DNA of 64,000 nt from an uncultured bacterium (GTDB lineage: Bacteria; Hydrothermota; UBA3072), in contig CAZSEX010000003.1 in NCBI GenBank assembly GCA_964606065.1, forward strand, positions 49,245-113,244. Direction: 5' to 3'. Positions within the stretch are counted from its first letter, which is position 1. Every line of letters begins with the position of its first letter. A model generated the notes under the pieces. It was not told the DNA's origin, did no database searches, and saw nothing but the letters and a program-made list of their open reading frames with translations. Of the stretch, positions 19,374 to 28,537 are shown piece after piece. The translations under genes were made by a program, and so were the position numbers.

Positions 19374-19777
19374 GCAAAGTTATCAAAACAACCGAAAATA
19401 AAGCAACAGTTCTTATAGAAAATGCTCCGAGCTGTAAAGCCTGCGCATTTTCAAAGTTTTACCGCCTCGGCAAAGAGGAAAGAGAAATCATTTGCTGGAA
19501 TAGAAAAGACGCAAAAATTGGTGATATCGTTCAACTTTATACAAGCAATAAAAATTTCTTCATAGCCACAGCCCTGAACTTCGTTCTGCCCCTTCTGATT
19601 CTAATTGGAGGAGTATTACTCGGAAAAAATTTTTTCAGGACAGAGCTTGCCGGCTTCGCGGCAGGCATGGGAAGCATGGCTATATATTTTTTAACCTTCT
19701 TCTTTATAAACAAAAAAGCATTAAAAAAAGGCATCCTATTACCGGAAATCGAAAAAATTATCAAAAGAAAAACATAA
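19361..19777 (+). CDS. RseC/MucC-family protein (SoxR-reducing system / sigma-E regulator C-like)
   Basis: N-terminal Cys-containing beta region ([14 protein letters not shown]), two C-terminal TM helices, about 138 aa. Confidence 0.5.
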   Translation: MEGIGKVIKTTENKATVLIENAPSCKACAFSKFYRLGKEEREIICWNRKDAKIGDIVQLYTSNKNFFIATALNFVLPLLILIGGVLLGKNFFRTELAGFAAGMGSMAIYFLTFFFINKKALKKGILLPEIEKIIKRKT

Positions 19778-19902
19778 CCTTTTGACTATCAATAGGTTAA
19801 ACCCTGAAAACCTGAGGGCTTACTGATTGCCTGCTTTTAGATTATAATGCGGGTTGATTTTTCGATCATTTAAAGTTATCTTACCCTAAAAAAGGAAAAA
19901 CT

Positions 19903-20127
19903 ATGTGTCTGGCAATACCTATGAAGCTAATAGGTTTTGAGGGGGAAAAGGGTGTAGTCGAGCTCTCGGGAGTAAAAAAGGAAGTGAGCCTAAGTCTCCT
20001 CAAAAATTTTAAGATTGGGGATTATCTTATAATTCACGCAGGTTTCGCTATAGAAAAATTAAATAAAAAAGAAGCGAAGAAGACGCTTTCCCTCTGGGCT
20101 GAAATAGGTAACCTCCGGCAGACATGA
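19903..20127 (+). CDS. hypC: [NiFe]-hydrogenase maturation factor HypC
   Basis: Invariant N-terminal MCLAIP and 74 aa length. The stop overlaps the hypD start (ATGA). Confidence 0.85.
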   Translation: MCLAIPMKLIGFEGEKGVVELSGVKKEVSLSLLKNFKIGDYLIIHAGFAIEKLNKKEAKKTLSLWAEIGNLRQT

Positions 20128-21221
20128 AATACATAACAGAATACAGAAATAAAGATTTATCGCTGAGATTAGCCGGTAGAATAAACGATTGTATTTCAAA
20201 ATACAAGGGAAAGATTTCTTTAATGGAAATTTGCGGAACACATACACATTCTATTTTTCATTCCGGTATGATGAGTTTACTGTCAGATAAAATAGAACAC
20301 CTCTCGGGTCCGGGTTGTCCCGTTTGCGTTACTTCCAACGAATATATAGACACAGCAATCGCGTACAGCCGTCTATCCGATGTTATAATAACGTCTTTTG
20401 GAGACATGATTAAAGTTCCGGGTTCGACTTCTTCTTTAGAAAAAGAAAAGGCCTCCGGAGGAAAAGTCAAAATAGTCTATTCCCCTCTCGAAAGCCTTGA
20501 AATAGCTCGAATTAATCCCGAAAAAAAAGTCGTTTTTCTTGGTGTTGGCTTTGAAACCACCGCTCCTCTTGTAGCCTCCACAATCCTGACCGCAAATGAG
20601 AAAAAAATAAAAAATTTCTACGTCTTCTCCGGACATAAACTAATCCCTCCTGCCATGAAAGCCCTTTTAGAAAACAAGGAGTTAAAAATAGACGGTTTTA
20701 TCTGTCCCGGACACGTCAGCGCGATTATAGGAGAAGAACCTTATGAACCGATTGCCGCCGAATATGGTATACCTTCCGTTATAATCGGTTTTGAACCACT
20801 CGACTTACTGGAAGGGATAGAAATGTTAATTAAGCAAATAACAGGAGAAGAAAAACCAAAAGTAGAAAATCAATACAGAAGAGTGGTTCGAAAAAGAGGA
20901 AACCTTAAAGCGCTATCTTTAATAAACGAAGTTTTCGAGGTGAAGGATTCGGTATGGAGGGGACTCGGTTTATTGCCAAAATCGGGTTTACGCATAAAAG
21001 ATTCTTACTCTCAATACGACGCTGAAAAACAAATAAACGTGAGGGTAGAAAAAACAAAAATCCACTCAAAATGCATATGCGGAAAGGTCCTTACAGGGAC
21101 AAAAAAACCTTACGACTGCCAATTATACGGTAAACTATGTACGCCTGAGCACCCTATCGGTCCCTGCATGGTTTCCTCGGAAGGAACATGCGCCGCATAC
21201 TATAAGTTTAACAAACAATGA
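20124..21221 (+). CDS. hypD: Hydrogenase maturation factor HypD
   Basis: GPGCPVCVT, FETTAP and a C-terminal CxxH/Cys cluster. Confidence 0.9.
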   Translation: MKYITEYRNKDLSLRLAGRINDCISKYKGKISLMEICGTHTHSIFHSGMMSLLSDKIEHLSGPGCPVCVTSNEYIDTAIAYSRLSDVIITSFGDMIKVPGSTSSLEKEKASGGKVKIVYSPLESLEIARINPEKKVVFLGVGFETTAPLVASTILTANEKKIKNFYVFSGHKLIPPAMKALLENKELKIDGFICPGHVSAIIGEEPYEPIAAEYGIPSVIIGFEPLDLLEGIEMLIKQITGEEKPKVENQYRRVVRKRGNLKALSLINEVFEVKDSVWRGLGLLPKSGLRIKDSYSQYDAEKQINVRVEKTKIHSKCICGKVLTGTKKPYDCQLYGKLCTPEHPIGPCMVSSEGTCAAYYKFNKQ

Positions 21222-22216
21222 AAAAGATTCTTCTCTCTCACGGAAGCGGAGGTAAAGCGACTGCCGCTCTAATCAAAGAATTGATGCTGGATAAATTCGG
21301 TAATTCCATTCTTAATGAACTTACCGACTCAGCTGTTTTAGATTCTACGGGAAAACAAAATCTGTGTTTCACGACTGATTCATATGTTGTAAATCCTCTT
21401 TTCTTCCCGGGAGGAGACATCGCGACTTTAGCCGTAAACGGCACGGTAAACGACCTCTCGGTAATGGGAGCCAGACCTCTTTTTCTCTCTTGTTCATTTA
21501 TTATAGAAGAAGGGCTTGATTGGAAGATCTTAGACAAAATCACAACTTCTATGGCAAGAGCAATTCAAAAAGCAAAAGTAAAAATAGTCACCGGAGACAC
21601 AAAAGTTGTTGAGAAGGGAAGCGCCGATAAATTATTTATAAATACCTCAGGCGTCGGACTTCTACGGAAAGACCCGATACTTTCCAAGAACAATATAAAA
21701 GTCGGGGATCAAATTATTATAAACGGAGAAATCGGAGCTCATGGATTAGCCGTAATGAGCAAGAGAGAAAACTTCGATACAAACATAAAAAGTGATTGTG
21801 CTCCTTTGTGGTCATTAATCGAAAGTATGCTATCGGCTGGCGGAATTAAGTTTATGCGGGATCCCACAAGAGGAGGTGTAGCCACCGTATTATGTGAAAT
21901 AGCGGAAAACTCTGTTTTTGGCATTAAAATAAGCGAAAAAAAACTTCCAATTCATGAAAACGTCTTATCTTTCTCTGAAATTCTTGGTCTCGACCCTCTT
22001 TACACGGCAAACGAAGGTAAAGTTATCGCTGTGGTAGAAAAAGGAAAGGCTCAATCCATCCTCTCCAACATGAAAAAAAATGCACTGGGAAGAGAATCTG
22101 CGATAATAGGAGAAATAACAAAAAAGGATAAAGGAAAAGTTATACTCGAAACTGTTATCGGCGGGAAACGAATCATCGATCGACTCGTGGGCGATCAACT
22201 GCCACGTATCTGCTGA
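21218..22216 (+). CDS. hypE: Hydrogenase maturation factor HypE
   Basis: The AIR-synthase-like fold sequence and the C-terminal ...PRIC with terminal Cys are diagnostic of HypE. Confidence 0.9.
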   Translation: MKKILLSHGSGGKATAALIKELMLDKFGNSILNELTDSAVLDSTGKQNLCFTTDSYVVNPLFFPGGDIATLAVNGTVNDLSVMGARPLFLSCSFIIEEGLDWKILDKITTSMARAIQKAKVKIVTGDTKVVEKGSADKLFINTSGVGLLRKDPILSKNNIKVGDQIIINGEIGAHGLAVMSKRENFDTNIKSDCAPLWSLIESMLSAGGIKFMRDPTRGGVATVLCEIAENSVFGIKISEKKLPIHENVLSFSEILGLDPLYTANEGKVIAVVEKGKAQSILSNMKKNALGRESAIIGEITKKDKGKVILETVIGGKRIIDRLVGDQLPRIC

Positions 22217-22223
22217 AAAACAA

Positions 22224-22943
22224 ATGCTAATTAGAAAAGATGCGATAGTTCTCAAAAGCTATGATTTTCTAAACACAAGTAAAATAATCCACATTCTATC
22301 TTCTGATTCCCAGCGATTTTCTCTGATAGCGAAAGGAGCCCGAAGAACAAAATCCCTATTTGCCGGCAACATCGAACCACTAAACCTGGCTCAACTTGTA
22401 TACTACATAAAACCCGGGAAAAGCCTGGGAACACTAAAAGAAGCAACGGTTAAAAACGCACATCGTTTTTTAAAGAAAGACCTATACCGGATAAATATCG
22501 GCTGGAGTTTAATAGAGATAGGACGAAAAATACCCTCCCCGATGGATGGGCTATTCGGCTTAGAAAAAAGAGCCCTCAGTTTTTTAGATAGAGGTTTCAG
22601 GGAAGAAGTTTTAATTTATTTTTTTCTTTCACTTTTTAAACTCCAGGGAATATCCCCTCAAACGAATAAATGCGTGGCGTGCGGTTCAAAAAAAGCCGAA
22701 TATTTTGATATAGAAGAGGGAGGAACAAAATGCAAAAGCTGCGCATCAGAAACCGCTATTTTTTTTGCCCCATTAAAGAACGCAATGGAAATTCTTGGGA
22801 AAGGAAGATTTCAAATCTGGGAAAAAGCAACAGAAAAGGATAAAAAACTAATGTTAAATATAACCTTCAAATACGGCATTTATCATTTAGGAGACTGGTT
22901 GAACCGCATAACAGAGATATTGCCGTTTACAATTAACCCATAG
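22224..22943 (+). CDS. recO: DNA repair protein RecO
   Basis: N-terminal OB-fold region and a CVACG...CKSC zinc-finger motif. Confidence 0.8.
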   Translation: MLIRKDAIVLKSYDFLNTSKIIHILSSDSQRFSLIAKGARRTKSLFAGNIEPLNLAQLVYYIKPGKSLGTLKEATVKNAHRFLKKDLYRINIGWSLIEIGRKIPSPMDGLFGLEKRALSFLDRGFREEVLIYFFLSLFKLQGISPQTNKCVACGSKKAEYFDIEEGGTKCKSCASETAIFFAPLKNAMEILGKGRFQIWEKATEKDKKLMLNITFKYGIYHLGDWLNRITEILPFTINP

Positions 22944-23608
22944 GAACGCTCACTCTTCCAGTCACCCAATACTGCAAGTGCCTTTTTTTTTCTTCTCAAT
23001 AAATAAGGTTTATGGAAATGACCCATGATAACCGCATCGATTTTTTCTGAAAATTTTGTCTCCGCAAATTTCTCGAAGAGCTTTTCGTTCGGTTTTTGAT
23101 CTCTGGAACTGGCTTGAGAAAATCTCGACAAAACTTTTGCCATTTGAAGGCCCAGTTCAGGGTGAATTAAGGAATATAATGCCCGTGAAAACCTGTTAGC
23201 CAAAAATTTCTTCGCGATGAAATTACCGTCCATTTCATCGCCATGCTGCAACCATATTCTTTTTTCTCCAATTTTGACGATTTCTGCTCCCCTGTGTGTC
23301 ACGATTCCAAGCTCTTCGATAAAATCACCTATCCAGAAATCGTGATTTCCAATCCAGTAATGAATATCGACCCCTTTCTCTGAAGTTTTTTTTAACTCAT
23401 GGAATATATAAAAAAAGCTTTTAGGAACAAAAGATTTGTATTCGAAATAAAAATCAAAGATGTCTCCGAGCAAAAACAATGTATCTCCTTCCTTGATGAC
23501 CTTTTTAAGAAACAAAAAAAAAGATTCTATTTCTTCTTTATCCGACCAATCCTGGAAATGAGTATCCGATATTACAAATACAGTTTTGCCCTCTGAAATT
23601 TCCAACAT
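22883..23608 (-). CDS. Metallophosphoesterase, LpxH-like (UDP-2,3-diacylglucosamine pyrophosphatase family)
   Basis: Calcineurin-like motifs VFVISDTHF, LLGDIFDFYFE and GNHDFWIGDFI. Its 3' end overlaps recO by about 60 nt in a convergent arrangement. Confidence 0.6.
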   Translation of the reverse strand: MLEISEGKTVFVISDTHFQDWSDKEEIESFFLFLKKVIKEGDTLFLLGDIFDFYFEYKSFVPKSFFYIFHELKKTSEKGVDIHYWIGNHDFWIGDFIEELGIVTHRGAEIVKIGEKRIWLQHGDEMDGNFIAKKFLANRFSRALYSLIHPELGLQMAKVLSRFSQASSRDQKPNEKLFEKFAETKFSEKIDAVIMGHFHKPYLLRRKKKALAVLGDWKSERSYGLIVNGNISVMRFNQSPK

Positions 23609-23627
23609 TGAAGTATAAACTTAAAAG

Positions 23628-23924
23628 TTATTTTTTAAATTCCTCTTTCATCTCATCGATGATGCTAATAGCTTCCTCAAAATATCTCTTTGCGATAAGT
23701 TCGTTTAAAAGCTCCCTGTAGCGTTTCTCTTTGGGAATATCCGCACCTTTTTTGTCTTCCTGTTCCAGAGATATTAGTTCGGCGCCGGGTTTAGCTGCAT
23801 CTTCAAAAAAACTTTTCTCTTCATCATCAAGTGCGTCTAAAATCCCTTTCTCTTCCTCCTTTTCTTTACGGCTTTCCTCTTTCTTGAAAATTTCCTCAAA
23901 AGGAGATTTACTCTGTTCCATCAA
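23628..23924 (-). CDS. Small acidic hypothetical protein
   Basis: Low-complexity Glu/Lys-rich 98-aa ORF. It is coding-like only by context, inside a tightly packed minus-strand gene string. Confidence 0.35.
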   Translation of the reverse strand: MMEQSKSPFEEIFKKEESRKEKEEEKGILDALDDEEKSFFEDAAKPGAELISLEQEDKKGADIPKEKRYRELLNELIAKRYFEEAISIIDEMKEEFKK

Positions 23925-24910
23925 ACCTCCCTATCTTTGTATAATTTAAGCTTTTCTTCGACATCCTTTAATGTAGGATCAAGTTCTATTGCTTTCTGCC
24001 AGTTAGAAACTGCTTTATCCAACATCTCTTTTTGCTCATAAGCATATCCTAAATCGGCGTAAGTATAAGCCTCTGTTTCTTCCTTGCTGCTTGCCTGCTT
24101 AAACATTTCAATCGCTTCTTCTATATTCCCTCCTTCAAACATGATTAAACCTATCCCAACCTGAGCTTCTATCATATCCGGAGCCTCTTCTAAAATTCTG
24201 TCGAATACCTTACGAGCGTCTTTTTGTTTCCCATTCTTCGACAACGCAATCGCAAGATTTGACAAAATTTCATTAGAGGAATCATCAAGAACAGCTGCTT
24301 CTTTCAGTTGAGCAATTGATAATTCAACTTTGCCCGTATAAAAGTTCTTTACAGCCATATCGTTGAGTCTGCGCGCTTCTTCTTTGTTTCTTCTTATGTC
24401 GAATTTCTCTCTTTCAGACTTTAAATCCTCCACATATTTTCCTATCAAAGAAGTCAAGTCTTTGAACCCGCCTGAAGCTTCTTTAAACTCCATGTACATT
24501 TCCTCGAAGACCTTCTGTAAAGTTTCTCTAAGAGCGTTAATCTCTTCTTTAAAAGAAAGTTCGAGTTTTTCGAAAACCTCACCAATTTGAGATAATTCAG
24601 TACTTATAACATCTGTCGAATCTCCGATTTTCTCTGTTAACGCCTTATGAAACTCCTCTGTCTTTTCAAGCAATTTTTCAGGACTGTTTTTAACTTCTTC
24701 CGAAAGATTGTCCATATTATTCGAGAATTTTTCAAGAAGAGAAGAAATCTCTCCCAACTTCAAATCGAGCATAGCCCTTAATTCATACTGATCGTTATGC
24801 TGGGCTTTACCCAGATTTCTCAGCACCTCTATGGTTTCGTTCCGGCGTTTTATTTTTTCGTCACTCGTCGCTTTTCGTCCCTTATTTTTTTGCTTATCGT
24901 CTTCTTTCAT
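23921..24910 (-). CDS. Coiled-coil / TPR-repeat protein
   Basis: C-terminal TPR-like repeats (AIELDPTLKD, GIGLIMFEGGNIEEAIEMFKQA). Confidence 0.55.
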   Translation of the reverse strand: MKEDDKQKNKGRKATSDEKIKRRNETIEVLRNLGKAQHNDQYELRAMLDLKLGEISSLLEKFSNNMDNLSEEVKNSPEKLLEKTEEFHKALTEKIGDSTDVISTELSQIGEVFEKLELSFKEEINALRETLQKVFEEMYMEFKEASGGFKDLTSLIGKYVEDLKSEREKFDIRRNKEEARRLNDMAVKNFYTGKVELSIAQLKEAAVLDDSSNEILSNLAIALSKNGKQKDARKVFDRILEEAPDMIEAQVGIGLIMFEGGNIEEAIEMFKQASSKEETEAYTYADLGYAYEQKEMLDKAVSNWQKAIELDPTLKDVEEKLKLYKDREV

Positions 24911-24916
24911 AAAACA

Positions 24917-27900
24917 TCACCCCCTCATAAGAGGTCTTATTCTTTTGTATTTCTCTGTTGCTTCCCGTAACATTGTAGCCACATAAACTTTTTTCTTTAT
25001 GGGGTTCATATTCGTCTTTGAAAGGAGACTTAAAGAAAGCTCTGTTTTTCCGCTTTTAAAAGCAAGCAAAGCTCTTTTTTCTAAAAAATCTTCTCTTTGC
25101 TTTAACCGTGAAAGACGCTGGTATGCCTCCCAATAATTCCCCAGTTCGGCTTCCAGATCGCTTAAAAGGACCTCTTTTTTCTCATCGTTTACTTTTTCGA
25201 TTTCTTTTAATGCCTCATCGAAATCTTTTAGTTTAATGTATAAAAAGAATCTTTCTTCAGGATCATCTGTAATCTCAAGCCTATCAAGCAGTATCCTCTT
25301 TTTCATTTTCTGTATCTCCTTTAAGCCAACTTTAATATTTTTACCGAGAAACCAGGAAAGAACTTTTTCTTTCTCTTCTTGCTTTTTAACTTTTTCGAGA
25401 TAAAAACGGGCTTTTTCCTTATCTCCGGCAACAAAATAAAGATAAGCTCCTTCCTTAACAATTTCGTCATTATCTGGATACTTATCGAGCAACTGCTCGT
25501 AAAAAGGCATTTGTTCTTTTATGTCCATGTTTCTTATATATCTGATTGCCTCATCCAAATTTGAAAGACTGAGATTGATTTTAACCAGCAAAGCAACCAT
25601 TTCTTCGTCATCTGGATATATAATCGCTTTCAACTTCTCGGCAACTTCGGGAAAATCATCAAGCAATTTTTCCATTTCTATTCGACTCTTCTGTTTATCC
25701 TCTACTTGATAGCGAAGATTGGCTATTGAAAGCCTGATAGGCATGGGGATTTTTTCTTGAAACAGCTGTTCAAGTTGGTTCAACAAATATTTCCCTTTTT
25801 CTTCCGAGCCATCGAAGAACTTGTCTATTACTCCAACAAGAGGCGCGTTACGTTCTTCGTTCGCATAAATTTTCAAAAGACCTCCAGTCAGTTCCTTTGT
25901 CAGTTCCACTTTTGGTATTAAAGCTCCTATTTCCTCGTTGATTTTATTTCGTCTTTTTTCATTTGTCCAATAAGCTTCAATAAAATACTCCAAAGCCTGT
26001 AGAGCATGACCTAAATCTTTCTCGATAGAAGCCTTTAAAAAAACAATGCTTTTTTCGACTTCAGGATTTTCGAATTTTTCAAAAGCCTCTATTGCCGAAC
26101 TCTTTAATCTGGGATCGAAACGTATGCTTTTTTCTATTTCCTCGATGCCTGTTAAATCTCCAAGTCGAAGCTTAACTTTACCGTAAAAAATTCTGAGTCC
26201 GGCATGGATGGGAGCGATATCTATGAGTTTTTCACATTCTTCAAGCATTACTTCGCCCATTGTTTCCTTTTGCTCAAGCGCCTCTCCCAGGCACCTGACC
26301 GCTTTATCTATATTCCCCGCTTCTCTATATAATCTATAAAGAGTCATGACAGTTTCATATTCCGCGTTACCTTCAGCTCTTATCTCTTCAAGCAACTCTA
26401 TCGCTCTTTCAGCGAGAGAATTATCTAATCCTACAGCCCTTCTGATAAGTCCTGCCGCGTTCGACAAATTACCGATTTTCGAATTCGCTTTAGCCATAGA
26501 AATCATTAACTCTGGCTGTTCTTCTAATTCTAAAGATTCCAGAACCTGCGACCCCCACTTGATGGCTTCTTCATAATAATTGTTTTGAATTAAAATCCTG
26601 GTAAGCACTCGAGAAATAGCCTCGTTGTCTTCTCTTTTTTTTAATTCATTAATAAGAAAAGTTGTTATTTCTCCAACATAGTCAGGAAACTCCCGCGCGG
26701 CATTCTCTACTTCCCTGCAACCCTTTTTAAAATCACCCTTATAAAAGTATAAGGAGGCGATAAGCTTTCGCATCTTAGGCTCATCCCGATAACTCTGTAA
26801 ATAGGTTATAATAAATCTGAACCTTTCCGTATCCTCATTTATAGCTTCTTTGTAACTGCTCTCCGCTTTATCGAATTCGTTCGACAATCGGTATAACTCA
26901 GCTAAAGCGAATGGATACGTAAAAGGAGGAAAATCCTGTCTGTCAAGGTTCTTATAAAATTTTAAAAATTGTTCGGTAAATTCCGGCTTTGCTTTTACTC
27001 TCTTATCAAATTCCGTAAGCATCACAGGTATAGTATCTTTATTCTCGGAAATTATCAAATTGACTTTTTCCGCAACTTCTTCCGGTCCTTCTGGAATTTG
27101 AAGCATTAAAGAAATAATTTCTCCCTCGGTACTAACCGGATTTTCCTGTTTAAATTTCTGAAGTTCTTCTTTTACTTGCTCTGTTCTTTCCGGATCCAGG
27201 GATAGTTCTTTATAAATTTGGAGCGCTGCCTCGGTTTCTCCTTCTCTTGAAAGCAATCTCGCTTTCAAAAGCAAAACCGAAGAAGATAAGTCTTTACCCT
27301 CAAATATTTGATTTATCCTTTCAAGTATTACGTTCGACGCCGAAGGAGATTGTTCAAACGTTCCTTCTAAAATATGCACTACCTCCTCTTCCCAACCAAG
27401 GGTACCATAAATGCTTGCCATGTCAAGAAAACTATCCAAACCCTGAGAAAATTTCCCTCCAAGTTCTTTTACTCTTTTACCTATTTCTTCGTCCGATTCT
27501 ATTGAAACAGCCGCGAGAAATTCCTTTAACCCTTCCGCGTTTCTATCTTTTCGAATATAAGCTTCGGCCAATTGTTTATGAATTATCGGATTGTCGGGGT
27601 CTTTCTTGACCATTTTCTGATATTTTTTGATGGCATCATCTATTTCAAAAGCTCCTATAAGATCAAGCGCCTTTTCCTCTTTTCCTGACTCAATTAGCAA
27701 TTCACTTAAATAATCAATAATCTCCTTTGATTTTTTCTTACAGGGAGATAAAATAGAAATTACTTTCTCCTGGAGATCAGGTTTTGCATTCACGGATTCA
27801 CGCAACTTGGCAACGCCTTGGGTATAATTTTTGTTTTTAAGCAAAAATTCGCCCAACCCTAATTTTAAATACGCATCTCCGTAATTTTCTCTCTCTGCTC

Positions 27901-28513
27901 TTTTTAATTCTTTTGTAATGTTTTCGATTTCCTCCGGTTTCTTTTCAAATATAATTCTAAATATCCTTAAAGTCTCTTCGCTTTCTCTCCCTTCCTTCAT
28001 GATCGCATATAAATAAAAATGCGTAAAGTCTCTGGAGCTAAACTCCGATTTATTCGCAAGGATATTTTTGACAACCTCTCCCTCTCTCTGGATAAAAGAA
28101 TCCTTACTTTCATCGCTCATGTCCCTGAAAAAATCATAAACCCCGTCAAAGTCGGCCTTTTCCACCCATTTTTCCATTAAGTACTCAGCTAAACGGTCCG
28201 GCTTGCCTCTACCGTAAAACAAATCCTCTACCTCTCCAATAACCTTGCTTTTCGCTTTTGCGGAAAGCGTTGCGCCTTTCTCTGCCCAGATAATTACTTC
28301 GTTGAGTTTGTCTATAGAATGGTATAAATGCATAATTTCAAGAATAAGAGGGAGATCTGACTCATCGTTTCTTAAAGCGCCCTGCAATATTTTAATAGCT
28401 TTAAGAGAATCCCCTTTTGATGCAACCCTACGGGCTTTATCAATTAGATTGGACTGATCGCCAAAAGTAAACATAACCAACAAAGAATATAACAAAAATA
28501 AAAAGTAAGTCAA
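24917..28513 (-). CDS. Very large (1198 aa) TPR-repeat protein with N-terminal signal/TM segment
   Basis: Numerous degenerate 34-aa TPR-like units and a hydrophobic N-terminus MTYFLFLLYSLLVMFTFG. Confidence 0.6.
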   Translation of the reverse strand: MTYFLFLLYSLLVMFTFGDQSNLIDKARRVASKGDSLKAIKILQGALRNDESDLPLILEIMHLYHSIDKLNEVIIWAEKGATLSAKAKSKVIGEVEDLFYGRGKPDRLAEYLMEKWVEKADFDGVYDFFRDMSDESKDSFIQREGEVVKNILANKSEFSSRDFTHFYLYAIMKEGRESEETLRIFRIIFEKKPEEIENITKELKRAERENYGDAYLKLGLGEFLLKNKNYTQGVAKLRESVNAKPDLQEKVISILSPCKKKSKEIIDYLSELLIESGKEEKALDLIGAFEIDDAIKKYQKMVKKDPDNPIIHKQLAEAYIRKDRNAEGLKEFLAAVSIESDEEIGKRVKELGGKFSQGLDSFLDMASIYGTLGWEEEVVHILEGTFEQSPSASNVILERINQIFEGKDLSSSVLLLKARLLSREGETEAALQIYKELSLDPERTEQVKEELQKFKQENPVSTEGEIISLMLQIPEGPEEVAEKVNLIISENKDTIPVMLTEFDKRVKAKPEFTEQFLKFYKNLDRQDFPPFTYPFALAELYRLSNEFDKAESSYKEAINEDTERFRFIITYLQSYRDEPKMRKLIASLYFYKGDFKKGCREVENAAREFPDYVGEITTFLINELKKREDNEAISRVLTRILIQNNYYEEAIKWGSQVLESLELEEQPELMISMAKANSKIGNLSNAAGLIRRAVGLDNSLAERAIELLEEIRAEGNAEYETVMTLYRLYREAGNIDKAVRCLGEALEQKETMGEVMLEECEKLIDIAPIHAGLRIFYGKVKLRLGDLTGIEEIEKSIRFDPRLKSSAIEAFEKFENPEVEKSIVFLKASIEKDLGHALQALEYFIEAYWTNEKRRNKINEEIGALIPKVELTKELTGGLLKIYANEERNAPLVGVIDKFFDGSEEKGKYLLNQLEQLFQEKIPMPIRLSIANLRYQVEDKQKSRIEMEKLLDDFPEVAEKLKAIIYPDDEEMVALLVKINLSLSNLDEAIRYIRNMDIKEQMPFYEQLLDKYPDNDEIVKEGAYLYFVAGDKEKARFYLEKVKKQEEKEKVLSWFLGKNIKVGLKEIQKMKKRILLDRLEITDDPEERFFLYIKLKDFDEALKEIEKVNDEKKEVLLSDLEAELGNYWEAYQRLSRLKQREDFLEKRALLAFKSGKTELSLSLLSKTNMNPIKKKVYVATMLREATEKYKRIRPLMRG

Positions 28514-28537
28514 GACTTAAACCAAAACGAATTATTA

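Noticed and set aside
19778-19902. Putative riboswitch upstream of hypC
   Set aside because: It contains a perfect TATAAT and some weak complementarity. I could identify no conserved riboswitch core, so it is most likely just the hypC promoter region.
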